Origin: Macrostomum lignano
Taxonomy: Eukaryota
Reading direction: 5' to 3'
Assembly: GCA_002269645.1 (NCBI GenBank)
Contig: NIVC01001104.1
Coordinates: forward strand, 248,001-312,000
Length of the DNA stretch: 64,000 nucleotides
The notes below the pieces were generated by a model. That model ran no database searches. It saw only the letters and a program-made list of their open reading frames with translations, and had not been told where the DNA came from. The position numbers and the translations under genes are program-made. This document shows positions 59,661 to 64,000 of this stretch, one piece after another (the stretch's first letter is position 1; each line of letters starts with the position of its first letter).

Positions 59661-60373
59661 TAATATCCAAAACTAGATGGCATACGGCAAAGTACACCCA
59701 GTTGTTTATAAAACAGTTTAGACCAAAGCTTAGTTTAAAAAAGCAATTAGCATTTTAATTTGTCAATTCTAGTTGGCAAAGCATCGATTTGGTGGAAAAT
59801 TTTTCGGATATCAGGCTTTCTGATCAGGAAATTTAATGCGAAACCTTCTCTCCTTCTTTCGATTTCTTTCTTTGCTGGAAAAGACTCTTTCTTGGTTTTC
59901 CGCGCGGCGGTCGAATTGAATTTGAGAAGTCAATTCGGGACTGGACAAGAGTCAGGAGCATATTGTGCCTGACAGATGTAGCTGTTTGGTTTATCTTCGG
60001 AAACCAACAGTTTATGGCGCTAGCAAAATTGTCCAGAGTTAATCTAAGGAATTGTTCTTTAACGGGTGATGCTGGCTAAATGAATTCTGAGGCCTACGGG
60101 AAGTTCTAGTGTGGGTTCTCATCCCCGCCTTAGCACGCAGTTGCCCTACTCTCTTCTTGCAGCCTGTTGTAAATAGATAAGCGATGCAGATCTGCTCAAA
60201 TAGACTCGCCAGATGTCATGACTTGGTGCTTTTTTACAAGACACGAAATATTTCCCCCCTAGTGCAGTTTTGTATCGCGTCTGGGAATGTCTTTCACCGT
60301 TTCTGGTTACACAGGTTCTGTCTTGCTGCTTCAGTGAGTTTCCTGCTTCTCTTTATGATGCACTGCCTGCACG

Positions 60374-60590
60374 GTGAGTGAGTGAGTGAGTGAGTGAGTG
60401 AGTGAGTGAGTGAGTGAGTGAGTGAGTGAGTGTGAGTGTGTGAGTGAGTGAGTGAGTGAGTGAGTGAGTGAGTGAGTGAATGAGTGGGCAAGTGAGTGAG
60501 TGAATGAGTGAATGAGTGGGCAAGTGAGTGAGTGAGTGAGTGAATGAATGATTGAGTAAGTGAGTGAATGAGTGGGCAAGTAAGTGACAG
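60374..60590. repeat. (GAGT)n microsatellite
   Basis: Direct reading. Confidence 0.96.
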
Positions 60591-61169
60591 GGGATAGCAT
60601 GGATTGCTTGTGACAGTGTCCCAATTATCTAGCAAAAGTACATGTAGGTGATTGTCAGAGTAATTGCTAAACGCACTGAATGGCTAGCATTTTAAAGCAT
60701 ATGTCAAACAGAAACACCGCAAAATAATGATTATAAGTGCCGCATTTCTTAATTCTGTTTGACAGCCAGTATTTTGCATTGCCGCGACTTCTGCAGCCGC
60801 AAATAATTGGCGCTCGAGTCGGCCTTGGTAAAAAAAGCATTTGCAAGAAGAGGACAGTTTCTAGGACTGATGGGGTTGGAAAACATTTGGCCTGTTTTGG
60901 GAGATTTCTCCTGGGAAGAGTTTTTTCCTCGCGCTCTTGTGCGGGATAGGGTTGTTCTAGAAAGAAACGGATGAATAGATTGACAGGGGGTTAAACGGGC
61001 TTTTACGTTATCGCAGCTATTATAAAAGTTGCTCTGTGTTTTGTTGTATGCTTTTACATGCGCTCAAGCTCTGATAGCGCCTTAAGCAACCATTCTTGCT
61101 AATATTGGAAGCGCTCTATGGCGTCCATAGCAACGATCCGGACAACGGCAAAAGTCCTCAATAGAACAC

Positions 61170-61555
61170 TAGCGACTTTTTAGCTACTGTAGAAGTCCCA
61201 ACTTTCTGTGACTCCATGAAAGCTCTCGATAGCGTCCCTAGCAACCATTCTGACAACCATGGAAGGTGATAGCGTCCCTAGCAACCATTCTGACAACCAT
61301 AGCAGCCCTCAATAGCGTCCTTAGCAACCATTCTGACAACCATGGAAGTTGATAGCGTCCCTAGCAACGATTCTAACAACCATAGCACCCCTAGCAACCA
61401 TTCTGACAACCATAGCAGCCCTCAATAGCGTCCTTAGCAACCATTCTGACAACCATGGAAGTTGATAGCGTCCATAGGAACGATTCTAACAACCATAGAA
61501 GCCCTAGCAACCATTCTGACATCCATAGAAGCCCTCAATAGCGTTCTTAGCAACC
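61170..61555. repeat. Degenerate repeat (GATAGCGTCCCTAGCAACCATTCTGACAACCAT)
   Basis: Recurrent tagcaaccattctgacaaccat core, about 8 times. Confidence 0.85.
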
Positions 61556-61869
61556 TTCGAAGCCCTTGTCTGATTATCTGTGCTTCTACCTTACATTCTT
61601 GTCTTCTGTAAGAAGCGTACGATTAGCCTTCGCAGAGTAACAAACAGCCTTTGGGATAGGTACTGCCCAAGCGCTGCAGGCTAATTTATCACTCTCTCAG
61701 CTTACTCTGTTTGCCATTATCCAAAGATGCGGAAAAGATAACAGACTGTTGTGGTGGAGAAACCGGTTGGCGCTGACTGACCATAATTTATCGCATAGCA
61801 GTCACACCGCACTGCGCCAATTGTATTCACACTGTGCCACTGGCTGTAGCGCTGATGCACACAGCGCAG

Positions 61870-62345
61870 TTTGGGTTTCAAGGAATTTGAATTTCGGGGA
61901 TAATTGAAATTTTAGGCAAGTTGGAATTTCAGTCAGTTGGGATTTCAGGGAGTTTGAATTTCAGGAATAATTTGGATTTCAAGAAAAATGGGGATTTCTG
62001 GGATAATTAGGACTTCTGGGATAACTGGGATTTCAGGAACAATTAGGATTTATGGGATAATTTGGGTTTCAGGGATTTTGAACTTCCAGGAACAATTGGG
62101 ATATCAGGAATAGTTGTGATTTCAGGAAAAATTGGGATTTCTGGGAGAATTTGGATTTCAGTAAGAATTGGGATTTCAGGAAAAATTAACATTTCAAGGA
62201 TAATTGGGATTTCAGAGATAATTGGGATTTCAGGGATAGTTGGGATTTTAGAGATAATTGGAATTTCAGGGACAACTGGGATTTTAGGGATAATTTGAAT
62301 TTTAGGGCAATTGGGATTTCAGCTAATGGGGACGTCAGGGAATTA
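61870..62345. repeat. Degenerate 18-bp repeat (ATAATTGGGATTTCAGG-type)
   Basis: Recurrent ttgggatttcagg. Confidence 0.8.
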
Positions 62346-62734
62346 AGATGTCAGGCTTTGGGACTAAAGAAGCACTTTGTCGAAATTCCAATATAATGCA
62401 TAATATAACAGCATAATGCTTCTAGTTAAGTTTTAAGCGCCAATATGCTTCCCTTTCTATCTAATTCATCAGATCAGTTCATCGTTAGGGTATGCGCTTT
62501 GTTTATCTCATTTAACAGCCCCGATGCGCTGTTGCCATAGCGACTGCAGATTAATGTAAGCAACCTGTCATCAGCTGGTCCGTTCCCAGTCCAAACCTTT
62601 TTTGGCAAACTGCAAAAAACAAAGAAAGAAGTGGTTTATATCTGTGTGTATGCAAAATGATTAAATAAACCTGGTTGCGCTCACTGGTTAATTGCACTTT
62701 CATTGATGCAGATGCAGTTACACCTGAGCATTAC

Positions 62735-63670
62735 TGAGTCCCAGTGTCTGTCTCTATGTCTGTCCCTGTGTCTGTCTCAGTGTCTGTTTTCATGCCTGTC
62801 CCAGTGTCTTTCCCAGTGTCTGTCCCAGTGTCTATCTCAGTGTCTGTCCCAGTTTCTGTCTTCGTGTCTGTCCCTGTGTCTGTCTTAGTGTCTGTTTTCA
62901 TGCCTGTCCCCAGTGTCTCCCGGTGTCTGTCCCAGTGTCTATCTCAGTGTCTGTCCCAGTTTCTGTCTTCGTGTCTGTCTCAGTTTCTGTCTTCGTGTCT
63001 GTCCCTGTGTCTGTCCCTGTGTCTGTCTCAGTGTAGCTGTTTTCATTCCTGTCCCAGTGTCTTTCCCGGTTTCTGTCCCAGTGTCTGTCTCAGTGTCTGT
63101 CCCAGTGTCTGTCCCAGTGTCTGCCTCAGTGTCTGTCTCAGTGTCTGTCCCAGTGTCTGCCTCAGTGTCTGTCCCAGTGTCTGTCCCAGTGTCTGCCTCA
63201 GTGTCTGTCCCAGTGTCTGTCCCAGTGTCTGTCTCAGTGTCTGTCCCTGTGTCTGTCTCAGTGTCTGTCCCTGTGTCTGTCTCAGTGTCTGTCTCTGTGT
63301 CTGTCTCAGTGTCTGTCCCTGTGTCTGTCTCAGTGTCTGTCCCTGTGTCTGTCTCAGTGTCTGTCCCTGTGTCTGTCTCAGTGTCTGTCTCTGTGTCTGT
63401 CTCAGTGTCTGTCTCAGTGTATGTGTCTGTGTCTGTCTCATTGTCTGTCCCTGTGTCTGTCTCAGTGTCTGTCTCTGTGTCTGTCCCTGTGTCTGTCTCA
63501 GTGTCTGTCTCAGTGTCTGTCCCTGTGTCTGTCTCAGTGTCTGTCCCTGTGTCTGTCTCAGTGTCTGTCTCAGTGTCTGTCCCTGTGTCTGTCTCAGTGT
63601 CTGTCTCTGTGTCTGTCTCAGTGTCTGTCTCAGTGTATGTGTCTGTGTCTGTCTCATTGTCTGTCTCAGT
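62735..63670. repeat. 12-bp minisatellite (GTGTCTGTCTCA / GTGTCTGTCCCA)
   Basis: It explains the VSVSV/DTETDT ORFs. Confidence 0.96.
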
Positions 63671-63779
63671 GTCTCCGTGTGTCGCTGTGTCCTCCATCCC
63701 AGCTCTTTGTCCTGTTCTTTGTGGGGCGGCAGTGGATGCTAATGCTAGTTACATTCTAGATTTCATGAGTTTGCGACAT

Positions 63780-64000
63780 TGTCACAACCGGCGAGAGGCA
63801 TTACTGCCCCTCGCCGATTCCCCTGAGCAGGCACACAAGCGCGCAAATACGTACGCAGTCTTACGCACAGGCACACACTCACACAGGAGTGTACATATGC
63901 AGCACCCCGAACTTTATTTATGTAATAAGTAATAGGCATGTACACTTCACTGTGCCTTAAGTCCTCAAGGCCGTTAATTGCACGAGCAGAGCCAAGCCAA
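63780..64000 (-). mobile_element. Copy of the tRNA-SINE family, running off the window end
   Basis: Matches 19430-19630 (ggcgagaggcatt..cccctgagcaggca..gcagagccaagccaa). Confidence 0.8.

Noticed and set aside
60184-60381. Possible small hydrophobic exon ending at CACG|GTGAGT
   Set aside because: The donor coincides with the start of a (GAGT)n microsatellite, and no partner exons or domain could be supported.

Overview
Eukaryotic (animal) genomic DNA with GT-AG introns, GC-rich exons and very dense tandem repeats. The style resembles a free-living flatworm such as Macrostomum, but that assignment is inference only. Host genes: an intronless class A GPCR-like gene (-), a two-exon Rab10-like GTPase, a two-exon unknown gene with an in-frame TGA inside an otherwise continuous ORF, a two-exon BIR-domain gene, the first coding exon of a Cys-rich secreted or membrane protein, a Rab escort protein (REP/CHM-like, -) and a multi-exon deoxynucleoside kinase. 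Mobile DNA: (1) a complete, young 8.6-kb Ty3/Gypsy LTR retrotransposon (34230-42872; TGTTG..CAACA LTRs, ACAG TSD, tRNA-His PBS, PPT, G GGA AAC plus pseudoknot gag-pol frameshift signal). At the usual env position it carries a third ORF that fuses an HPD-less J-domain to a TatD-like barrel lacking most metal ligands; this is the standout finding. (2) A 5'-truncated RT+RNase H LINE flanked by a ~960-bp direct duplication. (3) A mariner-derived foldback with a tRNA-SINE inserted in it. (4) A MITE carrying an expanded internal satellite, hAT-like MITEs and more than 20 micro/minisatellites, two of which amplify a splice junction. Three otherwise intact ORFs each carry a single 1-nt deletion frameshift, which suggests indel errors in the assembly.
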